Counted from the first letter of the stretch, positions 9,737-20,241 are shown. The stretch: DNA of 64,000 nt from Chitinophaga pinensis (GCA_943372295.1 CALRYC010000003.1:50675-114674); one strand, 5' to 3'. Program-made: numbers and translations. Notes: a model not told the origin generated them from the letters alone.

Positions 9737-10546
9737 TCAGCGGATCTCAATCCGGAATACGGAGGGCCAATTCTTGCCCGTAACGTAGATGTGGTCATTT
9801 TTCGGGTCCCAGGCAATGCCATTCAGGACGTCTGTTGTAGCGGTCCGCTTCGATGCTGGAAGGAGCCCCGTCATGTCGACCAAACCCGTGACGCGTCCCG
9901 TCGACGGGTCAATGCGCAGAATCTTCTCCGTCTGCCAGACATTGGCCCAGATCTCTCCGTTGATCCACTCGAGTTCATTCAGGTTCACAACCGGATTGCC
10001 ATCCATCGTAACACCGATCGTCCTGAGTGTGCGGTACCCTTCTGGATCATGAACACTGATCGTGCTCGTGCCGTTGCTCATGTACAGGTGCGTGCCGTCG
10101 TTTGTCAGACCCCATCCTTCGCCGAAGTATGAAAACTCACCGATCTTCTCCATGGACGTTTCATCGTAGATGAAACCCTTCTGGTTGAGGTAGGTAAGAA
10201 CGTAGATGCGCCCCTTGAGAACTGTCATCCCTTCAGCAAAGTACCGAGCATCGATCTTTTCAAGCCGGCCAACCTTGCCCGAGCGGATAGACACGCGACG
10301 CAGACTCGAGAAACCATATTGTCCGGTGGTTTCGAGGAACGCTCCGTTATTCACGATCAGACCCTGTGTGAACGCATTCACGTCGTGCGGATAGGTCTCG
10401 ATCACGGTGAAACTGTACCGTCGAACCGGTGCAGCAATTGTAGCAGGAGCATCAGTGCGCGGCTTTGGCTCTTCTGCAGGCTTCTCTGTCGAGCAGCCGA
10501 TGAGCGTGGCACAGATAATGCTTACTAAAAGTACTCGGGGTTTCAT
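9737..10546 (-). CDS. Glutaminyl-peptide cyclotransferase (beta-propeller type)
   Basis: Lipoprotein signal. YPHDVNAFTQGL, EGWGLTNDG, LNELEWINGEIWANVW and VLNGIAWD are all characteristic of the PF05096 family. Confidence 0.85.
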   Translation of the reverse strand: MKPRVLLVSIICATLIGCSTEKPAEEPKPRTDAPATIAAPVRRYSFTVIETYPHDVNAFTQGLIVNNGAFLETTGQYGFSSLRRVSIRSGKVGRLEKIDARYFAEGMTVLKGRIYVLTYLNQKGFIYDETSMEKIGEFSYFGEGWGLTNDGTHLYMSNGTSTISVHDPEGYRTLRTIGVTMDGNPVVNLNELEWINGEIWANVWQTEKILRIDPSTGRVTGLVDMTGLLPASKRTATTDVLNGIAWDPKNDHIYVTGKNWPSVFRIEIR

Positions 10547-10548
10547 GT

Positions 10549-11742
10549 TTGAGCACGAATCTAGCGAGATTTGTCCCCGGCTCTAACCCTTTCGCACCCA
10601 TGCCCCGACGTCGCTTCTCTCCATCAATCATTTTCGGCCTGTCCGGGATCGTCTTCGTTTCCTCGATGGTCTTTGTTTACACCGACTGGCAGAGCCGTTC
10701 CAACGTGGTCGAAGATCCCGCTCCCGAAACAGCCCAGGAGCAAACGGTCAGCGCCGAAGTACGGCGGCAAGTTCGCCGCGATAGTTTGATGGCGCTCTTC
10801 CGCCGGATCGAGTACCACCGAGTCCCTATCAGCAGCCGTGCCGTGCTCGATAGTTTCCGCCGCGCCTGCTCGCCCCTTGACAGCATATCGAATGCATACA
10901 AGGTCATGCGCCTGCTCAATCGGAAGGACATTCGATACCTCCGTGTTGGTGACACCCTGGTGATGCCCGATACCATCCTGCAGGACCTTCGTGCTTACTC
11001 GATCTTTCCGCAGTACTGGGCAGGGGGCGACACGATTCCAAAGATCATCCTTGTCAGCAATGTCTGGCAGGCCTATGCATGTTATGAGTACGGCGAACTT
11101 GTGCGCTTTGCGGCCTGTAACACCGGCGAAGAACGTAAACCCTCCTTCCCCGGGCGCTATGCCGTGTACTGGAGACAGCGCCTTCGAATTTCATCGCTCA
11201 ACGATGAGTGGAAACTCCCGTTCACGGTGAACTTCCACCTTCAGGCAGGTAGTGCGTTTCACCAGTTCGATATGCCCGGACGTCCGGTATCGCACTCGTG
11301 TATCCGACAGTTCATCCAGGATGCAGAATGGCTCTACCGTTGGGTAAAAGTGGCTCGGAAAGACACCGTACGTCACAGCTACGTGACGATGTCCGGAACT
11401 CCGGTGATCATTCTTGATGTGTTCAACTTTGCCAGGCGAAGGGGCGGACCGTGGCTTGAGCTTACATCAAACGACACCGTCGACATCAAACTTCCTGCTG
11501 ATCCGATGTCGGTCGAAGAAGCTCTGATCCCGATCTCTCAGGTTCCTAAGGAAAGTCGCGGGTCGCTGCGTAACATCAAGCGTTACATGACAGCCGACAG
11601 TATTCTTCGTGCACGGGGCCTAATTCGCCCACAGGTGCGCCTACTGGAAAGCATCAACTACAACGAACGTCGCGCAAAGAAAGCCGCCGCCAAGAAGGCC
11701 GCTCAGGCCAAGGCTGCTCAGCAGAAGTCCCTGCCAAAGTAG
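10549..11742 (+). CDS. L,D-transpeptidase-family protein with an N-terminal membrane anchor and a Lys/Ala-rich tail
   Basis: TM helix near the N-terminus. YkuD-like active-site context (FHQFDMPGRPVSHSCIRQ). Tail ERRAKKAAAKKAAQAKAAQQK. Confidence 0.5.
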   Translation: MSTNLARFVPGSNPFAPMPRRRFSPSIIFGLSGIVFVSSMVFVYTDWQSRSNVVEDPAPETAQEQTVSAEVRRQVRRDSLMALFRRIEYHRVPISSRAVLDSFRRACSPLDSISNAYKVMRLLNRKDIRYLRVGDTLVMPDTILQDLRAYSIFPQYWAGGDTIPKIILVSNVWQAYACYEYGELVRFAACNTGEERKPSFPGRYAVYWRQRLRISSLNDEWKLPFTVNFHLQAGSAFHQFDMPGRPVSHSCIRQFIQDAEWLYRWVKVARKDTVRHSYVTMSGTPVIILDVFNFARRRGGPWLELTSNDTVDIKLPADPMSVEEALIPISQVPKESRGSLRNIKRYMTADSILRARGLIRPQVRLLESINYNERRAKKAAAKKAAQAKAAQQKSLPK

Positions 11743-11751
11743 GAGGGGGCT

Positions 11752-13068
11752 CTATCGCTCTTCGCGATCCGGCCAGCGGCGGTAGTGTCGCTCGCGGATG
11801 TCCTGCTCAGCCCCCTGAGAAGTGGGTCTGTAGAAGACGGTTCCCTTCATGCCGTCTGGCATGTAGTCGGCGTCGACGAAATGCTCGGGATACGCATGGG
11901 GATAGTCGTAGTCCTTGCCATATCCCTGCTGCTTCATGAGGACTGTCGGTGCATTGCGCAGGTGCGGTGGGATGGTCATGGCCGAACCCTCCTGAAGACG
12001 AGCCAGAGCTGCATCGACGGCAACGTAGCTGGCATTCGACTTCGGCGCAGTCGCCAGATAGGTGGCGCCTTGCGAGAGGATGATCCGACCTTCCGGCATC
12101 CCGATGCGCTCGATGGCTTGAAAGACATTTACCGCAACACCCAGCGCCGCGGGGTCTGCATTACCGATATCCTCACTGGCAAAGATGATCATGCGCCGAG
12201 CGATGAATGTCGGGTCTTCACCGGCATCGATCATGATGGCCAGATACAGCAACGCTGCATCAGGATCACTGCCTCGCATTGATTTGATGAAAGCCGATAC
12301 AGTGTCGTAATGGTTATCGCCGTGCTTGTCATAGCGAAGTACCTTCCGCTGCACGGCCTGCGCGAGTATATCCGCAGTCACGTGAAGGGGGCTCTTTGCA
12401 GCTGGATGCATCATCAACACCGCCTCGAGAGCATTCAGCGCCTTGCGTGCGTCACCGCCCGAGAGACGAAGCAGCGACGGCATATCGTCAATGACGACCT
12501 CAACGCCCCGCAACAGAAAATCGGCTACCGCACGTTCGACGATCATGGCAACCTGATCATCGGGAAGAGCTTTTAGGATGTACACGTGACATCTCGAAAG
12601 GAGCGCGGAGTTCACCTCGAAGGAGGGGTTCTCGGTTGTTGCACCGATGAGCGTGACAAGTCCGCTCTCAACCGCATGGAGCAGGGCATCTTGCTGCGAC
12701 TTGTTGAAGCGGTGTATCTCGTCGATGAACAAAACCGTGCGGCGCTTCCTTGTCTTCTGAATCTCCGCACGACGCATTGCATCGCGAAGATCTTTGATGC
12801 CCGATTCAACAGCGGAAAGCCGCTCGACATGCGCCTCGACCGATGAAGCAAGGATGTTCGCCAGCGTGGTCTTCCCCGTTCCCGGAGGTCCCCACAGGAT
12901 CATCGATGGTAGTTCGCCCCGTTCGACAAAGCTTCTGAGTGGCGCGCCATCACCCAGCAAGTGCTCTTGCCCTGCAACATCATCCAGTGTGGCCGGCCGG
13001 ATACGTTCGGATAAGGGGGCGTGCGGAGAAACCCCGGGTTGGTCTTGTTCGGTAAAGAGTGAATCCAT
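11752..13068 (-). CDS. rarA: Replication-associated recombination protein A (AAA+ ATPase)
   Basis: [13 protein letters not shown] Walker [11 protein letters not shown], and a conserved MgsA C-terminal domain ([11 protein letters not shown]). Confidence 0.92.
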   Translation of the reverse strand: MDSLFTEQDQPGVSPHAPLSERIRPATLDDVAGQEHLLGDGAPLRSFVERGELPSMILWGPPGTGKTTLANILASSVEAHVERLSAVESGIKDLRDAMRRAEIQKTRKRRTVLFIDEIHRFNKSQQDALLHAVESGLVTLIGATTENPSFEVNSALLSRCHVYILKALPDDQVAMIVERAVADFLLRGVEVVIDDMPSLLRLSGGDARKALNALEAVLMMHPAAKSPLHVTADILAQAVQRKVLRYDKHGDNHYDTVSAFIKSMRGSDPDAALLYLAIMIDAGEDPTFIARRMIIFASEDIGNADPAALGVAVNVFQAIERIGMPEGRIILSQGATYLATAPKSNASYVAVDAALARLQEGSAMTIPPHLRNAPTVLMKQQGYGKDYDYPHAYPEHFVDADYMPDGMKGTVFYRPTSQGAEQDIRERHYRRWPDREER

Positions 13069-13125
13069 CTGTAGGGAAGCAACATAGGAGATTTTGCGTG
13101 CACGCTCTCCACCATGCCCCCTTTC

Positions 13126-14094
13126 TTACCCCAACATCGAGAACGTGCTGCCAGGAAGTTGGGCCGCAAGTACCATATCGTATTCACGTACGCGCTGACG
13201 CAGCCGAAGAAGGGGCTCATTGATCGGTTCAGGACTCTGCTTGAACGTCATATGATGAATCGGCATCAATGAGCGGGCCTTCATCATTGCCGACATTTCC
13301 AACGCTTGTTCGGGCGTGCAGTGCAGATGCTCATATCCATCGTATGATCCGATCGGCATGATGGCAAGGTCAACCTCGCCCCCGATCTCCGAGAATTTCC
13401 GGCAGAAGGCCGTGTCACCGCCAAACACAACGCGTGCGCCGTTCCACTCGATCAGATAGCCGTTGTAGCTTCGCCCGCGACGACGATTACCGGCCGAACG
13501 GCATGGTTCGCCGGGAAAGCGCCAGCCGTTGTGGACCACTTCAACTGCCCGAACGTCAATGCCGGCAGTTGATGTGTGGCCGTGCCAGTCGAGTTCACCA
13601 ACGCACTTCCAGGCAAGCTCCTGCAGTAGATCCGCCGTGTTTGGAGGGGTGATCACATCGATCTGGTTCGGCCATCGAGTGGTCAGCATCTCCAGCGACG
13701 GAAGGTCCAAATGGTCCATGTGGGCATGGGATATCACTACAACATCCGGACGGGGAATCTCCTCAATCGTAAGGGCTGGGGGTGTAATGCGACGTGGCCC
13801 GATACGAAGTCCGAGCAGGTTTATCCCTACGACGTCGGAAAACACCGGATCAGTCAGAACCCACGTCGAGCCCAGCTTGATCAGTACTGTTGAATGCCCG
13901 ATCCAGCAGGCCCAGACGGAGCTATCCATCGCCAGATCCAGCCGCGGTTTACGATGAACCACGTCTCCCGATCCGGCGGCTAGCGCATCGATAGGAAAGC
14001 CCCCTGCGATGATCGCACCAGAGGACATGAGCGCGGTTTGAACAAATGTTCTGCGCGGTATTGACGGCATTTCGTTGTTTCCCCCCGAAATCAA
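13126..14094 (-). CDS. MBL-fold metallo-hydrolase with a Tat-type signal
   Basis: RRTFVQTAL twin-arginine signal (likely start at 14070). HSTVLI...LTDPVF and ISHAHMDHLD motifs. Confidence 0.7.
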   Translation of the reverse strand: MISGGNNEMPSIPRRTFVQTALMSSGAIIAGGFPIDALAAGSGDVVHRKPRLDLAMDSSVWACWIGHSTVLIKLGSTWVLTDPVFSDVVGINLLGLRIGPRRITPPALTIEEIPRPDVVVISHAHMDHLDLPSLEMLTTRWPNQIDVITPPNTADLLQELAWKCVGELDWHGHTSTAGIDVRAVEVVHNGWRFPGEPCRSAGNRRRGRSYNGYLIEWNGARVVFGGDTAFCRKFSEIGGEVDLAIMPIGSYDGYEHLHCTPEQALEMSAMMKARSLMPIHHMTFKQSPEPINEPLLRLRQRVREYDMVLAAQLPGSTFSMLG

Positions 14095-14168
14095 CGGAGG
14101 CGAATCTGCCTGTTCTTCCCCTTCAATCCGAGTTACGATCTCTTAGCAGTGAATACGTTGCCTGATGG

Positions 14169-14176
14169 TAAATTTG
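14169..14176 (+). promoter_or_regulatory. TAAATTTG, matches the Bacteroidota-type -7 promoter element TAnnTTTG
   Basis: Exact TAnnTTTG word 5 nt upstream of the ATG at 14181. No transcript data. Confidence 0.3.
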
Positions 14177-14180
14177 CAGT

Positions 14181-14969
14181 ATGCGGCCTCTTCTTACGAC
14201 GATGTTCGTCATACTCTCAGCATTGTCAGTCTCGGCCCAGATCACAGGCGATAACGTGATGATGGATGATGCCCCGGTCGAGGATATCGATCCGGCTATC
14301 ATCGCGCGCATCAAGGATCAGGCATTGGCCTTTCAGTGGTCGGCCGGGTACATGCAGAGCATCGCCCAGTCTGAGCTGCGGTCGAAGATTGATTCGATCA
14401 ACGCGCCGGCCGCGGGTTATGGCTTTGGTGTCGAGTTTGGAAGATACCTTGACCCTGTTCCTCTGTATGTCGGCTTTGATTTCGGGATGTGCTTCTACCC
14501 ATCGCGAGACCGGACGATCAACTCGTCTTCACGGCGAAGCTATAGCGTTACCACGTCAAACTTCTCCATGCCAATTCTCACTACCGTGCGATTTCAGCCC
14601 AGTATCTACAACTGGGTGTACCCCTACGCCGAGCTGTTAGGGGGCATCACGGTCTTCTCATCCGACGTTACGGTAAGGCGCATTTTTGATAATGACACAA
14701 CTACGACCGGGGATGGGGACGGTGATTTTTCGTGGACCTATGGTGTGGGGTTAGGGGCAGCGGTGAAGGTGGCGGATGTTATCACGTTGCCGAATTCGCT
14801 GCAGCGGACATTAATCAATATCCGTTTTCGTTATACCACAGGGAGCCGCGTGGAAGTCTCGTATGCCGATCTCTTGGACGAAACAACTCTGGATTACCAG
14901 GTCCGCCGCACCGAGGTTGCCCGGCCGGCCATGATCATGTTTCAACTTGGACTGACCTTTCAGTTATAG
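14181..14969 (+). CDS. Outer-membrane beta-barrel protein (OMP_b-brl type)
   Basis: Signal peptide. Alternating amphipathic beta-strand pattern with aromatic girdle residues. Confidence 0.55.
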   Translation: MRPLLTTMFVILSALSVSAQITGDNVMMDDAPVEDIDPAIIARIKDQALAFQWSAGYMQSIAQSELRSKIDSINAPAAGYGFGVEFGRYLDPVPLYVGFDFGMCFYPSRDRTINSSSRRSYSVTTSNFSMPILTTVRFQPSIYNWVYPYAELLGGITVFSSDVTVRRIFDNDTTTTGDGDGDFSWTYGVGLGAAVKVADVITLPNSLQRTLINIRFRYTTGSRVEVSYADLLDETTLDYQVRRTEVARPAMIMFQLGLTFQL

Positions 14970-15010
14970 CGTTCTTTCGACACCATCAGGAAATCACAAG
15001 GAGCACGACC

Positions 15011-15436
15011 ATGTCATCCATCTCATCATTTCTTTGTTCGACCGCCTTGGCGGCCGTTGTTCTAACCGCCGTTCCGGCCTGTCGCACTGTGCAGGACCAC
15101 CGCAACGATCTCCATTCGACTCGCGAGCGAGAACTCACGGCGGGCATCGTTCGGCGGGAGATCAAAAAGGGGATGGGTGTAGCAGAGGTTGCCTCGGCAC
15201 TCGGATCGCCTAATATCACACGAACCGAAGACGACGGCCGCGAAGTGTGGGTATATGACAAGATTGCAACCGAGGCCTCGTATTCCGAAGGTCAGAGTGC
15301 CATCTTCCTGATCCTTGGTGGCGTTTCTAATCAAAGCGGAGCAATGGCAACCACGCAACGAACCCTGACCGTTGTCATCACGTTTGATAAGGACGGCAAG
15401 GTGATGAATTTTAACTACCACCAGAGCAAGTTCTAA
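15011..15436 (+). CDS. Lipoprotein with a SmpA/OmlA (BamE-like) domain
   Basis: Internal ATG of ORF 14732..15436. Signal and lipobox (LTAVPACRT). GIVRREIKKGMGVAEVASALGSPN resembles the BamE fold signature. Confidence 0.5.
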   Translation: MSSISSFLCSTALAAVVLTAVPACRTVQDHRNDLHSTRERELTAGIVRREIKKGMGVAEVASALGSPNITRTEDDGREVWVYDKIATEASYSEGQSAIFLILGGVSNQSGAMATTQRTLTVVITFDKDGKVMNFNYHQSKF

Positions 15437-15438
15437 GC

Positions 15439-16011
15439 ATGCGTTCCTCGTTGCTTCGTCCGGTCGTACTGACGTTAGGTGTTGTCCTGACTCTGACCTC
15501 GTGCACCATCATCAACCGTCCGCCACGGGTTCCTCCCCCAGAGACTCAGCTCCAGACAAGGGAGTTTCAAACTCGTGAGTTCGACACCAACGATGTGAAA
15601 CTCGTCATGAAGGCGATGGTGAATGTCCTGCAGGATGACGGATTCGTTGTGAAGAATGCCGTTATTGATCTCGGGCTCCTCACGGCTACTAAGGAGATTC
15701 AGCTCTCCACCGGTGCGAACACGAGTGACTCATACTGGACCGAGGCATTCGCTGGTCTGCTCTCCGGTAGAACACAGGAGCGCAGTCGTCAGCAGCAGGA
15801 CCTTCGATACAACAAGTTCAAGCAGATAGAGGTCAGCATCAACGTCACCGAGCTCGGACGGCGTAGCCGTGTGCGGGCAAACTTCCAGGCAAAGATCCTC
15901 GATAACACCGGCAACCCCGTCGAGGTCTACGTGATCAAGGATCCGAAGTTCTATCAGGATTTCTTCGCCAAGGTCGATAAGGGCATTTTCCTGCAGAAAC
16001 AGGGTTTCTGA
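15439..16011 (+). CDS. Lipoprotein, function unknown
   Basis: Lipobox LTLTSCT. Starts 3 nt after the previous gene. Confidence 0.5.
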   Translation: MRSSLLRPVVLTLGVVLTLTSCTIINRPPRVPPPETQLQTREFQTREFDTNDVKLVMKAMVNVLQDDGFVVKNAVIDLGLLTATKEIQLSTGANTSDSYWTEAFAGLLSGRTQERSRQQQDLRYNKFKQIEVSINVTELGRRSRVRANFQAKILDNTGNPVEVYVIKDPKFYQDFFAKVDKGIFLQKQGF

Positions 16012-16015
16012 GGTC

Positions 16016-16762
16016 ATGCAACCCGCCTTCAAGAGAGTGTTGTTTGCCGTGCTGACGCTAATGATCAGCCTCAGCACTGCGTCGGCACAGTCGATCCTCG
16101 AAGCGGTTCAGTCAGCCGATACCAAAGCTGTCCAGAAGCTCCTTAGAAGATCTGCGGCCCGCATCAACGAACAGGATGAGCGGGGAATCACGCCCCTTAT
16201 GCTCGCTACGTTGGCCAACGACAGCGCTATGGTGGAGTTGCTTGTTTCCTACCGGGCAGATCCAAACATTAGGGCCAGCGGTGGAATGACGGCGCTGCAT
16301 GCTGCCGCCTTTCACAATCGTGATCGTTGCAGTCCAATTGTCCTGCGAGGTGGAGCAAATCCTAACGTCCTCGATGATGGGGGGCGTTCACCGCTGCACG
16401 TAGCGGCCCAGCAGGGTAGCACAAATGTTGCTACACAGCTCGTGGAAGCCGGCGCATTTATTGATCTTCCGGATTGGAAGGGCAACACCCCTCTGATGCT
16501 CGCCTGTGGTAACCGTCAGCTTGGTTGCTTGGAAGAGTTGCTCGAAAAGGGTGCATACGTAAATCCACGTGACTACTTCGGCAGGACTCCGCTGATGCTC
16601 CTCGCTGTTCTTGGTGAAGATGAAATGATGAAGGTTCTTCTTCGCTTCAAGCCCGATGTCCATGCTATTGATTACGGTTGCCGAACAGCATTGACGTATG
16701 CAAAACAGAATCGGCGAAAAACAATTATTCGCATATTGGACGTCGCCGGAGCGAAGTTCTGA
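16016..16762 (+). CDS. Secreted ankyrin-repeat protein
   Basis: Signal peptide, then about 6 ANK repeats (GxTPLMLA...G..D.V..LL..GA.). Confidence 0.85.
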   Translation: MQPAFKRVLFAVLTLMISLSTASAQSILEAVQSADTKAVQKLLRRSAARINEQDERGITPLMLATLANDSAMVELLVSYRADPNIRASGGMTALHAAAFHNRDRCSPIVLRGGANPNVLDDGGRSPLHVAAQQGSTNVATQLVEAGAFIDLPDWKGNTPLMLACGNRQLGCLEELLEKGAYVNPRDYFGRTPLMLLAVLGEDEMMKVLLRFKPDVHAIDYGCRTALTYAKQNRRKTIIRILDVAGAKF

Positions 16763-16833
16763 CGTGTTCTTCGCTCTGCACTATGACATGATATGTCTCT
16801 GTAAAACCTGTTTATCTCAAAACCTGTACCACG

Positions 16834-17832
16834 ATGTCCTCACCTTGCAACACCAAGTTGACGAAGGTTGCCCTCTTCTATGATGGGAACTACTTCCTTC
16901 ACGTCAGCAATTACTACGCGTTCAATCATCCGCGTAATAGCCGGATAAGCCTCAAAGGCTTACATGAATTCATCCGTCACCGAATCGCCTCTGAGGAAAA
17001 CACAGAGCCACACCTGACCCAGATCGTAGACAGCCATTTCTTCCGCGGGCGTATCTCGGCAAACGAGGCACAGCAGAGGGGAAATCTGCTTTATTACGAC
17101 CGTGTGTTTGAGGACATCCTCATGTGGGAGGGTGTTATCACACACTATCTGCCGCTTCGACACAGCGGTGGACGTCGGGAAGAAAAGGGCATCGACGTAT
17201 GGATGGCTCTTGAGGCCTACGAGCTTGCGCTCCTGAAGAAGTTCGACGTTGTTGTTCTGATCACCTCGGACGGTAACTACGTACCACTTGTCCGCAAGCT
17301 CAATACTCTTGGCGCGCGTGTCATGGTTCTTTCCTGGGACTTCGAGTTCATAGACAATGAGGGTAAGCACGTGGTTACGCGCACCTCACAGGAACTCCTC
17401 GAAGAGGTCACCTATCCAGTGCAGATGCACCAACTGATCGAGAGCCGATCCGCCGCCTCCGATGAAGCGGTTCAAAACCTGTTCGTCCGCCGTGATGACG
17501 CTCAGCCACGTCCGCCACGTGACGCACGCGAGATGGCAGAGCTCACCGAAGGCCGAGCACCGCGAATCGACTTGGAGGAGGAGGACGATGCCGAGCGTGT
17601 TGAATCGTATGTTCTTACCCTGAAGAACGGCTATGGGTTCATCAAGTATCCACCGAACAATCTGTTCTTCCACTCTTCTGATATTCTCAATGCAGACTTT
17701 ACCGATCTGCGTGAAGGCGACCCTGTAGACTTTGTCATCGGTTACAACCGTGATGGCGAAGAGATAGCCAAGCGGGTCAAGCTCATCTTTGAGGAAGAAG
17801 AAGAGGAAGAAGGGGAAGACGACGCCTCTTAA
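16834..17832 (+). CDS. NYN (LabA-like) nuclease-domain protein fused to a C-terminal cold-shock domain, with a poly-Glu tail
   Basis: GIDVWMALEAYELA and VVLITSDGNYVPLVRKL (NYN). LKNGYGFIKYPP...FFHSSDI (CSD). Ends EEEEEEEGEDDAS. Confidence 0.75.
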   Translation: MSSPCNTKLTKVALFYDGNYFLHVSNYYAFNHPRNSRISLKGLHEFIRHRIASEENTEPHLTQIVDSHFFRGRISANEAQQRGNLLYYDRVFEDILMWEGVITHYLPLRHSGGRREEKGIDVWMALEAYELALLKKFDVVVLITSDGNYVPLVRKLNTLGARVMVLSWDFEFIDNEGKHVVTRTSQELLEEVTYPVQMHQLIESRSAASDEAVQNLFVRRDDAQPRPPRDAREMAELTEGRAPRIDLEEEDDAERVESYVLTLKNGYGFIKYPPNNLFFHSSDILNADFTDLREGDPVDFVIGYNRDGEEIAKRVKLIFEEEEEEEGEDDAS

Positions 17833-17847
17833 CGTGCGATTAGAAAC

Positions 17848-18993
17848 ATGTTCGCTTCGAAACTCCCGAACGTTGGAACAACGATCTTCTCTGTAATGAC
17901 AGCCCTTGCCCAAAAGGCAGGGGCTGTCAACGTTTCACAGGGCTTCCCCGATTACCCGATCGATCCTCTTTTGTCGAAGCTACTGGCAGAGGCCTCGCTT
18001 GGTGGACAGAACCAATACGCCCCGATGCCCGGAGTTGTAGCGCTCCGTGAGCGTGTTTCTGAGAAGTACAAACTGGTTCATCAGATCCTTGTCGACCCTG
18101 ATTCCGAGGTGACGATCACACCCGGTGGAACGTCGGCGATCTTCTGTGCTCTGGCGGCTCTTGTCCGACCGGGTGATGAGGTGATAGTGCTGGAGCCGTG
18201 TTACGATTCGTATGCTCCATCCGTCGATGTTCTTGGAGGCGTCGTGCGCCCTGTCCCCCTGAGCGTCCCTGATTACGCACCGGATTGGGACGCCGTTCGA
18301 GATGCTATCACCGTTCGAACGCGATGCATCATCATCAACACGCCCCACAATCCCTGCGGCAGCACGTTCAGCGCCTCCGACATTGATACGCTTGCCGAGA
18401 TATGTCTGCAGAATGATATCATGGTGATCAGTGACGAGGTCTACGAACTCATCACGTTCGACGGGGTACGGCACATTAGCCCCTTTTCTCATCCATCGTT
18501 ACGTGATCGGACGTTCGTCATTACCTCATTTGGTAAGACCTTTCACATCACCGGATGGAAGATCGGTGCGTGCGTAGCTGCCAGGGAGTTGACGGCCGAG
18601 TTTCGCAAGGTGCATCAGTTTGTTTCGTTCAGTGTGAACGCTCCTGCGCAGCATGCTTTGGCGGAGTACATGGCTGATCGCACGCGCTACATGGGGCTTT
18701 CCGGATTCTTTCAGTCGAAGCGCGATTTGTTCCGGCAGATGATGCAGGGATCGCGTTGGCAACTAAGGCCGTGCAGCGGTTCGTACTTCCAGCTGCTTGG
18801 CTACGAGTTGATCACTGATGAAGCAGATGTTGATTTTGCACGTCGGCTTGTGGAAGAACACGGGGTTGCCTGCATAGCACTGTCGCCGTTCGCTCTTGGC
18901 AGGACCGGAGCGCACGATCAAGTGCTACGGGTGTGCTTGGCCAAAACAGATGAAACTCTGTCTCTGGCGGCAGAGCGCCTACGCAGCGTCTGA
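17848..18993 (+). CDS. Class I/II pyridoxal-phosphate aminotransferase (YbdL-like methionine aminotransferase type)
   Basis: N-terminal KLPNVGTTIFSVMTALA...VNVSQGFPD and SFGKTFHITGWKIG (PLP lysine context). Confidence 0.8.
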   Translation: MFASKLPNVGTTIFSVMTALAQKAGAVNVSQGFPDYPIDPLLSKLLAEASLGGQNQYAPMPGVVALRERVSEKYKLVHQILVDPDSEVTITPGGTSAIFCALAALVRPGDEVIVLEPCYDSYAPSVDVLGGVVRPVPLSVPDYAPDWDAVRDAITVRTRCIIINTPHNPCGSTFSASDIDTLAEICLQNDIMVISDEVYELITFDGVRHISPFSHPSLRDRTFVITSFGKTFHITGWKIGACVAARELTAEFRKVHQFVSFSVNAPAQHALAEYMADRTRYMGLSGFFQSKRDLFRQMMQGSRWQLRPCSGSYFQLLGYELITDEADVDFARRLVEEHGVACIALSPFALGRTGAHDQVLRVCLAKTDETLSLAAERLRSV

Positions 18994-20241
18994 TGTACGC
19001 GGCACAACGTCCAGACGCACAAGCTTGTTTTCTGTACAGGATAGTAGGCGAAGCGATTCGATCTGCTCAAGTGTGACCGAGCGGTAGTCATCCAGAATCG
19101 TGTTCACTCGCGTCGGATCATTCCAGAAAAGCGTTGTCCATGCTACTGAATCCGATACACCATTGACCTTGAGTAGTTCATTGGCGTGACTGGATCGCAT
19201 CTTGTTGATGCCGGCGCTGAGATTTCTTTCGGTTATCTCTGCTGTGGCGAGGGTATCGATCATTGCTGATACCAGGTCATCACCCGTGACGGTTGGATTG
19301 GAAGCATAGGCATAGAACGTCAGCAGTGATGAGTGCGCACGTCTGTCGAGATATGCGCCTGCTGCTGTCGCGATCTGTCGGTCGGCTACGAGTGATTGGT
19401 GCAGAAACGAGCTGTTACCAAGACCGAAGATCGTCGCTGCGATCTCCACATCAAGCAGTTCACTGTTCAGAAATCCCGGTACATGTGCAGCGAGGAACAC
19501 AGCCGTCATCGGGACGTTGTCCTGCACCACACGATGAGCCCCATACTGAGCTGATTCATCCAGAAACACATTTCGGTCTATGCTTTCCTGACGGTCCGGA
19601 ATATCACCAAAGAAGCGCTGAGCAAGCTCTATAGCACGATCCGGCGTGACATCTCCTGAAACGCAAAGGACTGCATTGGATGGACGGTAGAAGCGCTCGA
19701 AAAAGCTCCGCGCATCATCGATGGTTACACCTGAGACATCGGATTCATATCCATACACATCCCATGAGTATGAAGACTGGGCGGCGTAGGCGATCTCCTG
19801 TTGTGCGCGACGCCAGACGCCGTAAGGCTGATTCATGACGTTCTGGTTGATCTCCTCCACCACCACACTGCGTTGGGTCTGCAGAGCGTGTTGGGTGATC
19901 CGAAAGGACTTCATGCGCTCGGATTCAAGCCAGAATCCGAGTTCGACGTTGTTCGATGGCAGATCGATGTAATAGGTGGTGTAATCGAAGGTGGTATACG
20001 CATTGTTTGAGCCCCCTGCCTTCGTGCAATAGATATCGTACTGCTTGTCATTATCAGGCGCTGCGTTGTCGAACATGAGATGTTCGAACAGATGTGCTAG
20101 GCCCGTTTTCCCCCGGTGTTCGTCGTGAGAGCCGACGCGGTACATTACGGTAATATTGACGACCGGAGCCGTGTGATCGGGGCAAACAACAACGCGCAGA
20201 CCGTTTCCGAGTGTTGTATCGTAAGGATGAATCTTGGCCAT
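18979..20241 (-). CDS. M16 family (insulinase-like) zinc peptidase
   Basis: HxxEH motif in GLAHLFEHLMF. Family-typical N-terminal half. Confidence 0.85.
   Translation of the reverse strand: MAKIHPYDTTLGNGLRVVVCPDHTAPVVNITVMYRVGSHDEHRGKTGLAHLFEHLMFDNAAPDNDKQYDIYCTKAGGSNNAYTTFDYTTYYIDLPSNNVELGFWLESERMKSFRITQHALQTQRSVVVEEINQNVMNQPYGVWRRAQQEIAYAAQSSYSWDVYGYESDVSGVTIDDARSFFERFYRPSNAVLCVSGDVTPDRAIELAQRFFGDIPDRQESIDRNVFLDESAQYGAHRVVQDNVPMTAVFLAAHVPGFLNSELLDVEIAATIFGLGNSSFLHQSLVADRQIATAAGAYLDRRAHSSLLTFYAYASNPTVTGDDLVSAMIDTLATAEITERNLSAGINKMRSSHANELLKVNGVSDSVAWTTLFWNDPTRVNTILDDYRSVTLEQIESLRLLSCTENKLVRLDVVPRTSDAA

Noticed and set aside
14732-15010. Upstream extension of the lipoprotein ORF (longest ORF starts at 14732). 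The same issue affects 20211, 23099, 29575, 42983, 43702, 49241, 52888, 53232, 57739 and 57764.
   Set aside because: The extensions overlap neighbouring genes or lack signal-peptide logic. In each case an internal ATG gives a canonical N-terminus or signal peptide, so the shorter models were used.
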